A stretch of DNA of 64,000 nucleotides from positions 145,576,001 through 145,640,000 of the forward strand of contig NC_042999.1 in the NCBI RefSeq assembly GCF_006345805.1. The letters are read 5' to 3'. A program made the translations under genes and the position numbers. The notes beneath the pieces were generated by a model. That model did no database searches and was not told the DNA's origin. It was given only the letters and a program-made list of their open reading frames with translations. Below are positions 11,520-25,184 of this stretch, in pieces; position 1 is the first letter of the stretch, and each line of letters begins with the position of its first letter. The stretch is from Octopus sinensis. Lineage: Eukaryota.

Positions 11520-14300
11520 TATTTGCAACATAAAAAATGTAATAAATGGAACTGCAAAACCACTAATACTCCGTCTCCTCCCTTACACCATTACCTGGAT
11601 TATGGCTGCCCACTCTCTTTCAAACATTCGAGCCAGATCTCTGATATGAAGATAAAGTAAAGCAAAAGTATGAAGATAACCTTCTTCTTAACACCAATCT
11701 CAGAAGCCCCGAAGATCATAATCCTTATCATTCATACTTTGATTAAACTATAAACAATACGCCTTGAATAATAGTTTTAAAATACGTCTAAATTTAGAGG
11801 AAAACTGTTTATTCAAAACTAAACATTTGGAAACAACCTGAGGCAAATTTATTGGATTATACAAGATAACATTTTAGAAGTAGATTGGGTACCAACTCAG
11901 GTAAAATTAGAAACAATCTGGAAATGCATTTGCTAAAATGGAGCTACGTATAACAAAAATGATAGCTGATTAGAAGCAGATGTAGCAATAATAGAAATAG
12001 AAATACCATTTCCTGGAAGAATTAAAGTATCTTACCCAAGATGAGAGACTTGCTTGAATCTGTTTCAGAAGAAGGAACAGTCCTATAATCATTATGGCTT
12101 CTGATTAAGAGAGATGTCAGTGATTTTGAGGGGAAGGAGTTATTCAATTCCATCAACTCCATTATTTTACTGGTATTTTAATATTACCGACCTCAGAGGG
12201 ATAAAAACCAAAAATTCTGCTAATCAACCGCCCTAGTCCCATATTCAATATAAACGTCCATATCCTAAGAGTTTGGTGGTTGTTATTTAACATACTGCAA
12301 TACCGAGCAATGTTCGCGTTTCACACCTTTCTAAATAATGTAGACAAACTAACAAAATAGGTACATACTATTGAGACAATAATGCTTCTCAAGAAAGACA
12401 AACAGATGGCATACCTATCTAAACGTTCACCATTTTTCGACCGGTAATTTGTATACTGTTCTCAAAAATATTATCCTGTAGGGATAATGTAATTGCTGTA
12501 ATGCAGAAGTAGCGTATATCCAAGTTCCAAGTAAAATTCGACTAGTTCTTTCTTAACAAGGTATTTCTCTGAGAAGAAACTATGGTTAGATCAAATACAT
12601 TAATTAATATCCTCGTGGATGGTTTATTAGTATGCTGGAAATGCAACAGTTTAATTAAAACAATGGCGAGCCTTATTAAAACAAAAATAAAGTAATGGTA
12701 CTCAGTTGTAATGTTATCCATCAATACCATAACTAGAAGTTCCTGCCTACAAGAATATCTAGCAAGATATTCCATATATTTGAAGGAAACAGTACTTGTT
12801 GAGTTGGCTAATAAAGAAGATAAATTTGAGATATTATAGAAGAAAAGATACTCCATGTTTATGAACTATCTTCTCTTGATGAATTGTTTGCTACAGTTTG
12901 TTTCCCTGAAATAAACTGAAAGGAAGAGTAATGAAGGGTAATGTAGAATTGGAGTTAGACAATGCTGATTTCTACAAATACAGAGATAAAAGTAAAATTA
13001 TATGTGTGGTAGAGTCTGTGCAATGAACATCCTGAAAGAATAACAGTATTTTAAAAAACTTCTCAATGATGTATGAGTCATTAACATCATTGTTGCACCA
13101 TCTGTATTATGACTCTGTATTACTGGACTGGAACACAAAATACCAAGTTACCAGAAGTTGCTATACGAGAAATCTATTTGAAAATTTAACACACTACGCA
13201 CTATATCTTATATCCAACGATTTTATCTTGAGAAGAAACGACGGTAGGGGGACTATTGAAAGTCCTGGATCACTGTAAGAAATAAATTGTTTTCCTACGA
13301 TATTTCCCATCTTTCCTCGGGGAATGATCAGTTTACTATCACCAACATTTAGGTATTCCCGACTCATACATCTCTCTAATTTTCTGTAGCCATGCAATGC
13401 CCAACTTGCGAGCTCTTGCACTGACCACTTCATTCTTCCCTTTCCTTTCCCCTAAAGAATCACCATTTTCCCCTTGCCCATATTTTTCCTGCAGTCGTCA
13501 ACAACAATTAAAGTTTGTCAACAGTATCAATTAAACTGGTCCAGGCACAAGAAACTAAATTTGATTTTGAATTGCTAAAGCATTAACCTGATGCATCTAC
13601 AAACCAGGTATACCGATGGCACATAATTCAATCTTTGTGAATAACCATAAAGTCATTCAATCCTCTGCTTGAAATTATTCCCCGAACTGGGTATTCTATA
13701 AATCAAGAAACTGTATCTCTTGTTTGGATGAAGAAATCCAACCGCAATAACGCAAAATTCAAACTATCATTATAGAGACGCAGACTATTACTACTTGTTA
13801 TTTTATTTTGTAAGTGATATCCGAATATCCCCATCAAGTATAGATAAATGTCGCCTGTATGATATATTTTTCGAAAATATATACTACATTGTATCAGGAT
13901 ATCGTTCACTAGCTCTGATAAAATATGGTTGGAGATACAGCAACGTATCAATGCTACTCTATATACATCTAGCCATCCAATTTAAACACCTTTAATAGAA
14001 GTCTCTTGTGCTCATAAGAATCTCCCGCTGTCTCAGAAAATGTATAGATGTTAGATATTAGAGTGATTGTGTAATATATGATGTTTACAATACTCCTGGC
14101 ATTACAGTCCACAGAATTGTGAAAATAAAAGACTTATTGCAAATGAGTTAATAGCATATATGATATATTGTTATTTAAATGAGTGGAAATACTCTAGAAG
14201 TGGTGCTCTAGAAGATCCTTGACGTCTAAACTTTGCTGATGCGGTCGTAATGAGAAAGTCTCCTCCTTAGAGATTTCTCCCAGATCTGATGAAATAATTC
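11520..14300 (-). pseudogene. Heavily decayed coding relic, possibly LTR-retrotransposon pol (RT, RNase H, integrase order)
   Basis: Eroded motif-like pieces in the expected order: SLDVKD, ISNIYTFSE..EHKRLLLKVF, LMGIFGY, WFVDAS, QELASWAL, GTQSTSK; many stops. Confidence 0.45.
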
Positions 14301-14419
14301 CAACGACGATGTAAATATGACAGATGTCAACTTTATGACGCAAACTGGCAATGCCGATTCAACAGTATACGGTGAAGCAAAACTAGACAGTCTTTTATGG
14401 ATAACACAACTTTATTATA

Positions 14420-14540
14420 CAGTTTCAGCTATGTACGTTCTGAGTTTAAATCCTGCCGAAGACAATTTTGTCTGTTATCTTTTCGAGATCGATAAAATAG
14501 AGTACCAATTAACTACAGATCGTACTGGTGTCGACTGAAC
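14420..14540 (+). mobile_element. Degenerate SINE family A fragment
   Basis: tacgttctgagtttaaatcctgccgaag...gatcgataaaatagagtacca. Confidence 0.7.
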
Positions 14541-15104
14541 CCTCAACTCAAAACTCAAGGCAATATGCCTAAATTAGAAACCATCATTTTTTAAGCAGTT
14601 CTAAATTATAGTGGTAAATGTACAGATATTTTAAATTTAAACTAGTAGATTAGCTATGGAGTATATAATTATATAAAATGTAAAGAATTACTTGAGAAAG
14701 ATAGTTCAAAATGATAAAAGTAAACTCAATAAGAGAATTTTCCAGTTGTTAACAAACTAAGAGAAATTATTGGCAAATTTAAAAAATCAAGTAGTACGAA
14801 TGGGAATATATATAAACATGCGTTACAGTAAGCATAACCTAATACCATATGGAAAAAATGTTACCAGTAAAATTAGTTCATGGTAAATCCAAGATGTTGA
14901 AGTATCGATCTAAATATATTTATAAAGCGTAATAATGTGATACGAGAAAATCTTGGTAAAGTAAATGAATATTGGAGCATACAAGTCTTTTCAATAATAT
15001 TTATAGAACTGTAGATACATATGACCATGTACAGATATGCACGTACAGAAACACAGAACTGCGCACACATTTACATGCTAAAATACATCTAACAAATTTT
15101 GTAA

Positions 15105-15194
<90 letters not shown>

Positions 15195-15241
15195 GCTAGC
15201 TAGCTAGCTAGCTATATCTGCACATAAACAAACTCATACAC

Positions 15242-15281
<40 letters not shown>

Positions 15282-15282
<1 letters not shown>

Positions 15283-15997
15283 GCCTGGGGCTATAGTAGA
15301 AGACACTTGCCCTAAGTGCCACTGTATGGCACCTCGAGCAAGAGTCTTCTACTATAATCTAGGGCAGACCAAAACCTTATGGGAGGGGGTTTGATAGATG
15401 GAAACTGAAAGAAGTCCATCGTGTATATATATATATATCACGCGCCTAGGTGGCGCTAAATTTCGAAACCGGTACCGAGTTGACCAGCATTTACTTGTTC
15501 TGACCCATTTGAGGTAAGACATTATTATTGTTCACTGATATTTTTTCCTATCTTTTCTGAAATAGATTTGTGACTATTCGGTGGTACAGAAGTATTTTTT
15601 GACTTCTATCATTGGCGATATAGGTACTCACGTAGTACCGTTGTGTATATATGTACATATTTAATATTGTATGTATATATTTTATTAATTTGCCTGTACG
15701 GCTAATAATTCACTTACCACTTGTGATGGTATTTTAATAATACCATCCCTATATTTATATATATATATATACATGTGTGTGTGTGACCTGTGTGTGTGTG
15801 TGTCACCACTGCTTAACAATCAGTGTTGATGTGTTTATGTCTTTGTAGCTTAGCTATTCGACAAAAGTGATCAGTAAAATAAGTACCAGATTTAAAATCT
15901 GTATTGAGGTCGATTCCTTCGACAAAAAATTTCTTCAAAGCGATGCTCCAGCATGGTCGCAGTCTAAAGGCTGAAATAAGTAACAGATAACAGATAG
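15282..15997 (+). mobile_element. SINE family B with an internal (TA)n(TG)n tract, 5'-inverted and interrupted
   Basis: The 5' half ends ...gaaactgaaagaag.c.tcg(TA)n as at 38265; the 3' half (15803-15997) ends gcgatgctccagcatggtcgcag; compare the copy at 38166-38600. Confidence 0.8.
15439..15750 (+). mobile_element. PLE pLTR-like fragment inserted into the (TA)n tract of the SINE
   Basis: Begins with a 5'-truncated HHR 3' half, GAAA-CCGG-TA (15465-15474); flanked by TA runs. Confidence 0.45.
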
Positions 15998-16625
15998 AGT
16001 ATTTTTCGATTACTTTCGGATGAAGAAACAGATGTAATTATTCTTACACACTTGCATACACTCATACATACATATAGACATGCATACATACGTACATACA
16101 TACATACATAATACATACATACATACATACACGCACGCACACACATTTATTTGTACAAACATAGATAGATAGATACATACATATATATATATATGCGAAA
16201 AGAGACCAAAAGAGGATGAGGGAGAGAGAGAGAGAGAGAATCTCCGTGGTAAAGTAGAGAATAACAGGTTGATTAATAGCTTACAACAAAGGAACTTTTA
16301 GATATCCTGGTGAAATCAAGAACTATTATATGCATTACTAATCAATATATTTAATCAGCTAAATGAAGATGTTTATAATTATTTTGAAACAAAATTAATA
16401 TTCTAGTTTTACTTCGTCTCAAATAAATATATTTTGTACGTATATGTTGAAGAATCTTGTGTAAACACATCGTTATGATACCAGACAACGAGGTGAACCG
16501 TTGGCTGTTCGTGCCCTGTCACTGGAGTTGCCCTCACTGTGGTTGTATTCAATATGTGACTCAGTCACCTTAAGGCGTCCGAGATATCTCAGTCTATATA
16601 GATTTTAATATCTAGTATTGCGTAA

Positions 16626-16820
16626 GGCGGCGAGCAGGTAGAACCGTTATCACGACGAGCAAAATGCTTAGTGATATTTCGTTCTGACTTCAAATTCCGC
16701 CGAGGTCGATTTTACCTTTTATTCTGTCGAGATCGATAAAACTGGTTGAGCACTTGGGTCAATGCAATCGACCTAGCCCGTCACCCAGCTTGCTAGCCTT
16801 GTGCAAAAATTTTAAACCAA
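16626..16820 (+). mobile_element. SINE family A (diverged)
   Basis: ggcggcgagcaggtagaaccgtta...ttcaaattccgccgaggtcga. Confidence 0.85.
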
Positions 16821-17997
16821 TAGGTTTAAGAAAACGTTGCTATGAATTATAGAACTCCGTGTAAAGTTAAAGTACCTTTCTTTAACCAGCTACAGTAAAC
16901 TCAACAGACAATTATATTACTATGGCCCTTGATGTTGCAATGAAAGCAAAATGCTCAACAGTACAACTATGTACCACTTGTTCGTTGAGTTCATGAAATT
17001 ATTGTCTGAGTAAGAGTACACATTATTTCATTTAATTAAATATACTGAATATGATTATTGATGAGAAAATATAATTGTAGCAACATGGTTATTTAATGGT
17101 TATTTATGCGGTTAAAAAAAAAAGGACAGATAATTTTTCTTAGCACATTCATTCTGCATTAAAAATACATTTGTTCCAGCTAAAGTTAAATTACACAGAC
17201 CTCCGGTTATTAAGCTAAATTTATCGAAAGACACAGAAATGGCCAATAGAATTTTAAACTATATTTTAGAAATTAATTTCATGCTTGTAAGTACATAGTG
17301 CCACCCCTCTCTGAACTATTTACTACTCATGAGGAATATTTGAGTTGATATGACATAAAGTTTCTCAAGATCTACAGAATAATCATACACTAAGCAGTGT
17401 AGCAAAGTTCTAACTCTTCGATACTTCAGCATCAATGCAATTTCTAGTAGCTGAAGCATTCTTCATCACTTTACATGAATCAATATCCCTCTCTCTTAAA
17501 TACATAGAGCTTTAGATTAAAGTAGCGCTGTTTGCCTACATTTGGGATCGACTAACAGATATACAACCTAGAATTAATCTTCTGCGAGATTAAGCGCTTT
17601 TGTTATCACAACACTCCGCCTACATAACGAGATATGGTCAAGAGGTCCTATATCTTAATACTCTGACATTGTATATCCTAAGCCAAGGAAACATACAATA
17701 CTATCCTTTTAAATATTTGGCGAAATTTCATCAAAGATAAGTTACAGGCAGTGATTAAAAGTAGATTTTATGCTTAACACATTATGTCTTGTTTTTACAA
17801 ACTTTTTCCTATTTCTCGTAAATCATTTGTTGTGAATTTCAATCGGGAACGAGAAGGAACCAATGCAGACTTTTCACTAACTAGAAATAGCAGCAAGATT
17901 TTCTTTAAATTTGGTCATGTTGTTTTAGCACAACATGTCTAACAGACATGAAGACAAACTATATATTGTATGTGCATTTAATTTATTATATAGAAGG

Positions 17998-18048
17998 AGC
18001 TTCTACAGGACTAGAACTGTTTCATTCAAGAGAAATCTTCAGGAAGCT
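17998..18048 (-). ncRNA. Type I hammerhead ribozyme with canonical core and complete helix III
   Basis: Reverse complement reads AGCTTC-CTGAAGA-T TTC tctt GAA T-GAAA-CAG ttctagtc CTG-TA-GAAGCT; lies in a pLTR-like block at about 17940-18300. Confidence 0.8.
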
Positions 18049-18566
18049 AGTTAACAAGAATTGTATTGGCATTTATACATTTAGGCAGGTTTAAAGGGGT
18101 GTTGGTGGGGGACTTTTTGGGGGTAGGCATAGCGCAAAATATCATACTTGGGGGAGTGGTCAAGGAGTCAGTGTTAAATTAGATAGAAGAATAATAAAAA
18201 AAAAAAAAAAAAAAATAATAAAATTAAAAAAAAAAAATATATATATATAAAAAAGGGGAATAGAGTTTTAGGTAAATAAGGAGATTCTCACTTATACCTA
18301 TGCACATATGTATACATATATACACACGCATACAAACATATATACATATACATACACACATACATACACACACATATATATACATATATATACACTTACA
18401 CATACATATACATATCTACACATACACATATATGTATACATACACACACTCACATGCATACACGTATACACACATGTATATATACACACACGACCAATGT
18501 TGATTCGTTAGCTACTGCACGCATTTTTTTTCTCTCCTTCTTTCTGTGTTTTTCTCTCTCTGTGTA

Positions 18567-18604
18567 TCTTTCTGTTGAAGAGCGTAGGCTCGAAACGTTA
18601 AAGA
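18567..18604 (+). ncRNA. Minimal type I hammerhead-like motif (U6 variant)
   Basis: TCTTT-CTGTTGA-A-GAGC gtag GCTC-GAAA-CG-TT-AAAGA. Confidence 0.6.
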
Positions 18605-18689
18605 CTTGTTTTATTTATATTTCCTGAGCGCCATACTAATACAATTGTTCGTTTGTTTTCCACCTGCCGTCGTCTTTTGTTTATTTTCA

Positions 18690-19283
18690 TAAAGCTCCCC
18701 ACACATACATATACACACAGAAAAATATATATACACATACACACACATACTCACATACACGCATACACACACAAATCCACACACACACATGCACACACAG
18801 CACACTAGTCCCTATATACATATATACACATACACACATATATACACACACATACATATACATACATATATATTATATATATATCATATGTGTACCTATG
18901 CATACCTACACATACACACATATATATATACACATACAAATACAGACCCATTCCCTAATTTTAATTTTATTATCTTCGTTTATTACTTTTGTTATCTTTG
19001 GCCGCTTGGTCACAAACATCTTGGCTATGACAGCCAGTCCATTTATCAAGCACTCATTCACTCACGCACACTCTTTAGCACGTACACTCACTCATTCGTA
19101 CACTCATACACATACACGCACGCACGCGTTATATTCATACATACATACATCTACATACATTCACGTATATACACATACGTACGCGTACCTACAGATTCAT
19201 GTCTACACTCTTAGAAGGCTAGTCTATACATATACACCAATAAATATAAATACACACACATACACGTACACCTACATACAAAT

Positions 19284-19332
<49 letters not shown>

Positions 19333-19949
19333 TCACATATATATACACATATATACATATATATACATACATACACATATATACACATATACACACATAT
19401 ACACATATATACACACATACACATACATACATATACACACATACACATACATACGTATACATACATACATACATCCATACATCCATACATACATACATTT
19501 ATTTATACACATACACACACCCACATACATACATATATATACGCGCATATATATATATATATATACATATATATATTCATACACACACATACATATACAT
19601 ACATACATATACAAATATACGCACACACATACATACATACTCATATACACATACACGCACATACACATGTACATGCGTACCCATACACACGCACACACAC
19701 GCGCGCATCCATATATACACATAAGTACACACATGCGTAAAAGTATACATATATCTATGCTTACACATACACACACACACACGCGCCTCCTTATATTCAT
19801 ACTTACATGCATACTCAAAAAATAAGTAAATAGTAAAATATATATACGCGCAGTTATTCATACATGCATACTCAAAAAATAAATAATAAATATTAAGTAT
19901 ATGTACGTGCAGTTACCTATTATATAGACGGATACATACATATAAACTT

Positions 19950-19980
<31 letters not shown>

Positions 19981-20795
19981 CATATATACATACATATATA
20001 CACATATATATACATATACATATATACATATATATATATACACACACACACATACACATATATATATATATACATACTTACACACATGTACAAATATATA
20101 CACACATAGATAACTCTACGTACCTACATATACATAAACACACGAGCGTACGCGTATATGTACATATACACATACACACGCATATATATACATACATACA
20201 CATACACACATATATACACACACACACATATATACACATATATATATACATACATATATATATATATATACACATACACACACATATACATGTGTGCAAA
20301 CATACATACATACTCATACAAGCACACACACTTACATTTACATATATACACACACTTACACACATATATACATACACATATACATACATACATACATATA
20401 TGCATACATACACACACACATATATATACATACATACACATACCTATACATATATATACACACATATATACACATGCACATACTTATATCTCTACATACT
20501 CGCATATACATATATATATATATATATATACATATACACACACATACATATACCTATATACATGTATATATACACATACATATATATATACATCTACAAT
20601 TTGTATCTACACTCACATACATGCGCATACACATAACTCTACATACCTACATATACATCGACATACTCGCGTACACTCATATATATACACATATATACAC
20701 ATACACACACACACATACATATACATATACATATATATATATATAAATATATACATATATAATACACAAATACACACACATACATATATATATAT

Positions 20796-20856
<61 letters not shown>

Positions 20857-20940
20857 ATATACATACATACATACACATATACATACATGTACATATATAT
20901 ACACACACACATATATATACACACACATACATATATCAAC
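18690..20940. repeat. Large degenerate (CA/TA/CATA) microsatellite field with short internal duplications
   Basis: Direct reading; includes an approximately 60-bp tandem duplication at about 19790-19915. Confidence 0.92.
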
Positions 20941-21226
20941 AATTGAGGGTAAAGTTAATTAGTTATTAATCAATTTCACCAAGTATTCAGTATGTAAAAG
21001 GACCATTATTTTTTTGAGTAAACAATGTCTGAGGGAAAATATTCTCTAAGTAGTGGAAGAGGCTAAAAAACTTTTTGGGCTGCTGTATATATATATATAT
21101 AAATCATATTTTCACGTTCTTCTTCATCGTTTTCTTTTATTCTCTCTTCTTTTAGTCTTTGTTTCTTTGGTCCGATGTTACTCTTCTGTCGTATCACTCT
21201 CTTAGGTTTGTGTGTGTGTGTGTGTG

Positions 21227-21257
<31 letters not shown>

Positions 21258-21660
21258 AATGACGCAGTGTTTGTATGTGTTCTTGTTCTAGGGTACGCAC
21301 TTGACAGTCTTTTCTTTTCCAACGCTCCTAGTCAAAAGCTAACATGTAAATCAAGCCAGTTGTATGGATTCAACAAATCATGTATACTAGCTATTAGTAT
21401 CACCACTTTTATAGACCACTCTATCTATATCTCTTGTCCAGGATTCTGCTGTCCGAGTAACCGACTGCGTGTCGGGGCACTCTATAATAACATGCTGCTG
21501 GATCGCCTTAGATATATGTATCTCTCTCTCTCTCTCTCGCTCTGTATATATATATATATATATATAAAGGGAAAGTTTACGAAAATAAACAAAAGACAAG
21601 GACAGGTGGTGTACAAAACAAAACAGATGTATTAGTATAACGCTCAGGAATAGATAAAGT

Positions 21661-21696
21661 CTTTTACGTTTCGAGCCTACGCTCTTCTACAGAAAG
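21661..21696 (-). ncRNA. Minimal type I hammerhead-like motif (U6 variant)
   Basis: Reverse complement reads CTTT-CTGTAGA-A-GAGC gtag GCTC-GAAA-CG-TA-AAAG; the pLTR remnant at 21567-21725 ends in (TA)n. Confidence 0.6.
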
Positions 21697-21767
21697 GGAC
21701 ACAGAAAAAAAACAAGGAGAGAAAATATATGTATATGTGTGTGCGTGCGTGCGTGCGCGTGTGTGTA

Positions 21768-22982
21768 CAATGTGCGATGGTTAAATTATCGCCATGTTAT
21801 ATTTTTAATTTCGCGCATGCACATTGTTTTTGATTTTGTTGATTACACACTATAGTAGAGTCAGTTGGGCACCGACTGTGAGAAGAACAGCATCATGACA
21901 CAATTTGCTCGACCGGAAACTTGGAAACGGCATACTGTACTGCTTGGCATTTTCACAAAAGCTCCTGTACAAACCTTTCAGAGTGTTTGGGTGTAAATCT
22001 AAGGACAGTGCAGAAGATCCAGAAAGTGTTGGATGAATCTAATGGTGATTACGAAGATAAGGCAGCTCTGAAAACTCTTATCGTTCTGGTAAGAAAAGAA
22101 CTCCTGATTGACAACGATTACTCTATGTCAATTAGGTCCATCACCAGGACATGGGAGTGTCTGAGTTTCTTAATAGGCAGGTAGTGCATGAAGACATTCA
22201 GTACTCCTCATATAAGATGAAAAAGGGCCAATTTTGAACAAATTTATACATCTCCAACCGAACATGCACTGGGTTTTCTCAGACGAGAAACAATTCTGCC
22301 AGGATCAAATGGTGAACACACAGAACAACCGTTGGCTTGCTGTGTCCCCAAAACATGTACCGAGAGTTATAAACATCAAACATCCAGCCAACATCATGAT
22401 GTTTAGAGTGATCACTAGTGACGGCAATGTTATGCCTCCATTCATCCATCTTCCCACACGGCCTCAGGCTCAACATGGAGGCCTACATCAAGTGCCCAGA
22501 GAAGGTAATGCTGGCTTTGTTCAAAGGGTGGTTGCTTGAAGACCCTATGTCTGGCAACAGGATTCTGCACCATGCCACACAAGCAAGAAAACCCAGTCAT
22601 GGCTGTTAGACAATTTCTGCGACCACATCGCTCCTAGCAACTGGCCACCTAACTCCCCAGACTGTAACCCACTTCATTATCATGTGTGAGATGCAGTTGA
22701 GCGAGACCAACGAAACTCGTTGTAACATCAAAGATTAATGGAGGGCAAGGATTATGGTAGCATTCATCAACTTAAACAAGGAGATCGTCTAGAAGAGTTC
22801 CAGGAGATTCCGAAGTCGTCTGGAGGCCGTGGTTGAAGCCAATGGCGATTTTATAGAATAAATTTACTTTTTAGTATTTCCAGATATTTTTATGTAAGTT
22901 CGGTAAATATATATGTTAAAACGAGATGTCACTGTTATTTTCATTTTAACGTAATTTAGGCGAGTTTATTCACCACACCCTG
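21768..22982 (+). mobile_element. Decayed maT-type (DD37D) Tc1/mariner transposon
   Basis: WVFSDEK, QQDSAPCH...WPPNSPDCNPL(H) with 37-residue spacing; imperfect TIRs CAATGTGCGATGG / CACCACACCCTG. Confidence 0.9.
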
Positions 22983-23030
22983 TGTGTGTACACGTGCACA
23001 TATATATACACACACGCACACCCACACCCA

Positions 23031-23100
<70 letters not shown>

Positions 23101-23143
23101 ATTATTATTAGCGAATATTACTTCCAAGTACACGGGAAAAAGA

Positions 23144-23217
23144 CACTAGTGATCACTCTAAACATCATGATGTTGGCTGGATGTTTGATGTTTATAACTC
23201 TCGGTACATGTTTTGGG
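23144..23217 (-). repeat. 74-bp exact inverted copy of 22347-22420
   Basis: cactagtgatcactctaaacatcatgatg...gtacatgttttggg is the reverse complement of the neighbouring maT interior. Confidence 0.92.
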
Positions 23218-23279
23218 AAATGAACATCTCTCAATGTTTAATTCGTATATATAAAAGTAATTTTAGAGACCTAAAATTG

Positions 23280-23323
<44 letters not shown>

Positions 23324-23328
23324 GCATA

Positions 23329-23860
23329 CCGGGTGCAGTGAATATAGTGTCGTTTAAATTACGGAAAAATGAAAATAACAGAAATTGACTGACAGCCATG
23401 TTTTCCTGCTTGTGTGGCATAATGCAGGGTCCTGTTGCCAAACATAGGGTCTTCCAGCAGCAACCCTCTAGACCAAGGACAGCATTAACCCATCTTGTAT
23501 GCCTCCGTGTCGAGTCTGAGGCCGTGTGGAAGGATGAATGGAGGCATAACCTCGTCTTGACTAGTGATCACTCCAAACAGCATGATGTTTGATTTTATCA
23601 CTATCAGTACATGTCCTCTGATTGTACTGCCCCCAGATTGACAGCCTAAGGCTCTGAAATGTTCGTATGGGAGCCTCCAGTGCGGATGCCAAGCAGTACA
23701 GTACGTCGTTTCCAAAATTCTGGCAGAGTGAATTGCGTCATGGTGCTTTTTTACTCACACATAGTGCTACTGTAATATGTAATTGATCAAATCAAAAACA
23801 AACCAAGTGCATGTGCGCAAGTAAAAATATAAAATGGCAACAATTTACCCATCGCACCCT
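23329..23860 (-). mobile_element. Internally deleted maT derivative (532 bp)
   Basis: Both termini are homologous to those of 21768-22982; retains WKNPMFGNR/QQD and METTYCTAWH segments. Confidence 0.88.
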
Positions 23861-24238
23861 ATATATATATATATATGAAATTGCATGTGAGTATGCGAGT
23901 ATGGCTGCCTCTGCTGTATGTGCTAATGAGCGTGAGTGAGCATATTTATGGCTGTTTATACATCTATCACAAAGAAAAAAGAGAAGGTCCAACACGTTAA
24001 AATGGCACATCATTTTCCACCATAGAAAGACTTGATTTCAGTTTAGCCGATCAGACCAGAAAAATCGTTATAAAATATAATACTCAATGGCAGCGCCGTT
24101 CGCAACATCTATGCTTCTGCTACTTGAGAATATGACAGTATCTTAATGACAAGGAGGAAATTTTGGCACGCTTATATCCCTGATGATTATGCTAAATGCA
24201 TGAAGTTCATTGTGTAGCCATAATATTTTACAAAATCA

Positions 24239-24430
24239 GGCGACGAGCTGGCAGAGTCGTTAGCATGCCGGGCGAAATGCTTTCGTCTCCCGCTACGTTG
24301 TGTGTTCAAATTCCGCCGAGGTCGACTGAAAGGGTCGATGAAATGCAAAGTACCAGTCATGCACTGGGGTCAATGTAACGGACTTATCCCCCGAAATTTT
24401 CAAGGCCCTGTGCCTACAGTAGAAATAATA
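24239..24430 (+). mobile_element. SINE family A
   Basis: ggcgacgagctggcagagtcgttagc...gttcaaattccgccgaggtcgac. Confidence 0.85.
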
Positions 24431-25184
24431 ATATTTCAGAAAATCAGTAAAGATAATTAAAGGAAATGAATAAAATCTGGGAACTAATATTTTATTTTCT
24501 ATTTTGCAAAAATACGAGATATAATTCCGGACATGATTTTGCTCAACAGAGCATTCTAAGTGATATTTGTATTAAGCAAATTTTAAAATTAGCGAACGAA
24601 ATGCTATGTAAATAGACAGAAATGAAAATTTGTTGGTATGGAAAATATAAAAAAATGAATTGTTTAAAAATTAAGCACAATTTTCATGTATTTTTCTCTA
24701 AAACTGCAATAAAACAACTAACAAATTGTAGCTGGCGCATAATATTTAATGTAAAAAGTGTGCGTGCCTGCTAGCAAGCTGTTCAAAAGCTAGTTTTCAA
24801 TGCGCTATTGGTCCTTATAAATTTGTCATTCGCAGATTACTCTTATCACTCAATGGTAAAGTTTTCTTCATTTCATATATATTCCATATCATGGAAGAAT
24901 TCAAAGACACAATCATTGAAAACGCGGGTGCTTTTCATTAATCCACGCATATGAACACATAATAGAAAATCTTTGAAGAGAGGGAAAATTATTAGAATGT
25001 GAAAAGGAGGCAAGAATTTTTGGCGAACTGTCTTTCAGTTTGTGGTTCGCTCTTGAGAGATGTATTTAACTTCCTACCCCAGACCATTACATAAAATATT
25101 CATCTGTTATATTGCAGCCGGAACATGTTTAAGCGATCTGATACAGAGAAGGATGGTGTCTACAAATATACAAATTAGGCTATA

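Noticed and set aside
18298-20946. Many long ORFs rich in Y/I/T/H or C/V/M (also at 1525-1896, 54526-55298 and 60002-60902)
   Set aside because: They are translations of (TA)n/(CA)n/(CATA)n microsatellites, which lack stop codons; not genes.
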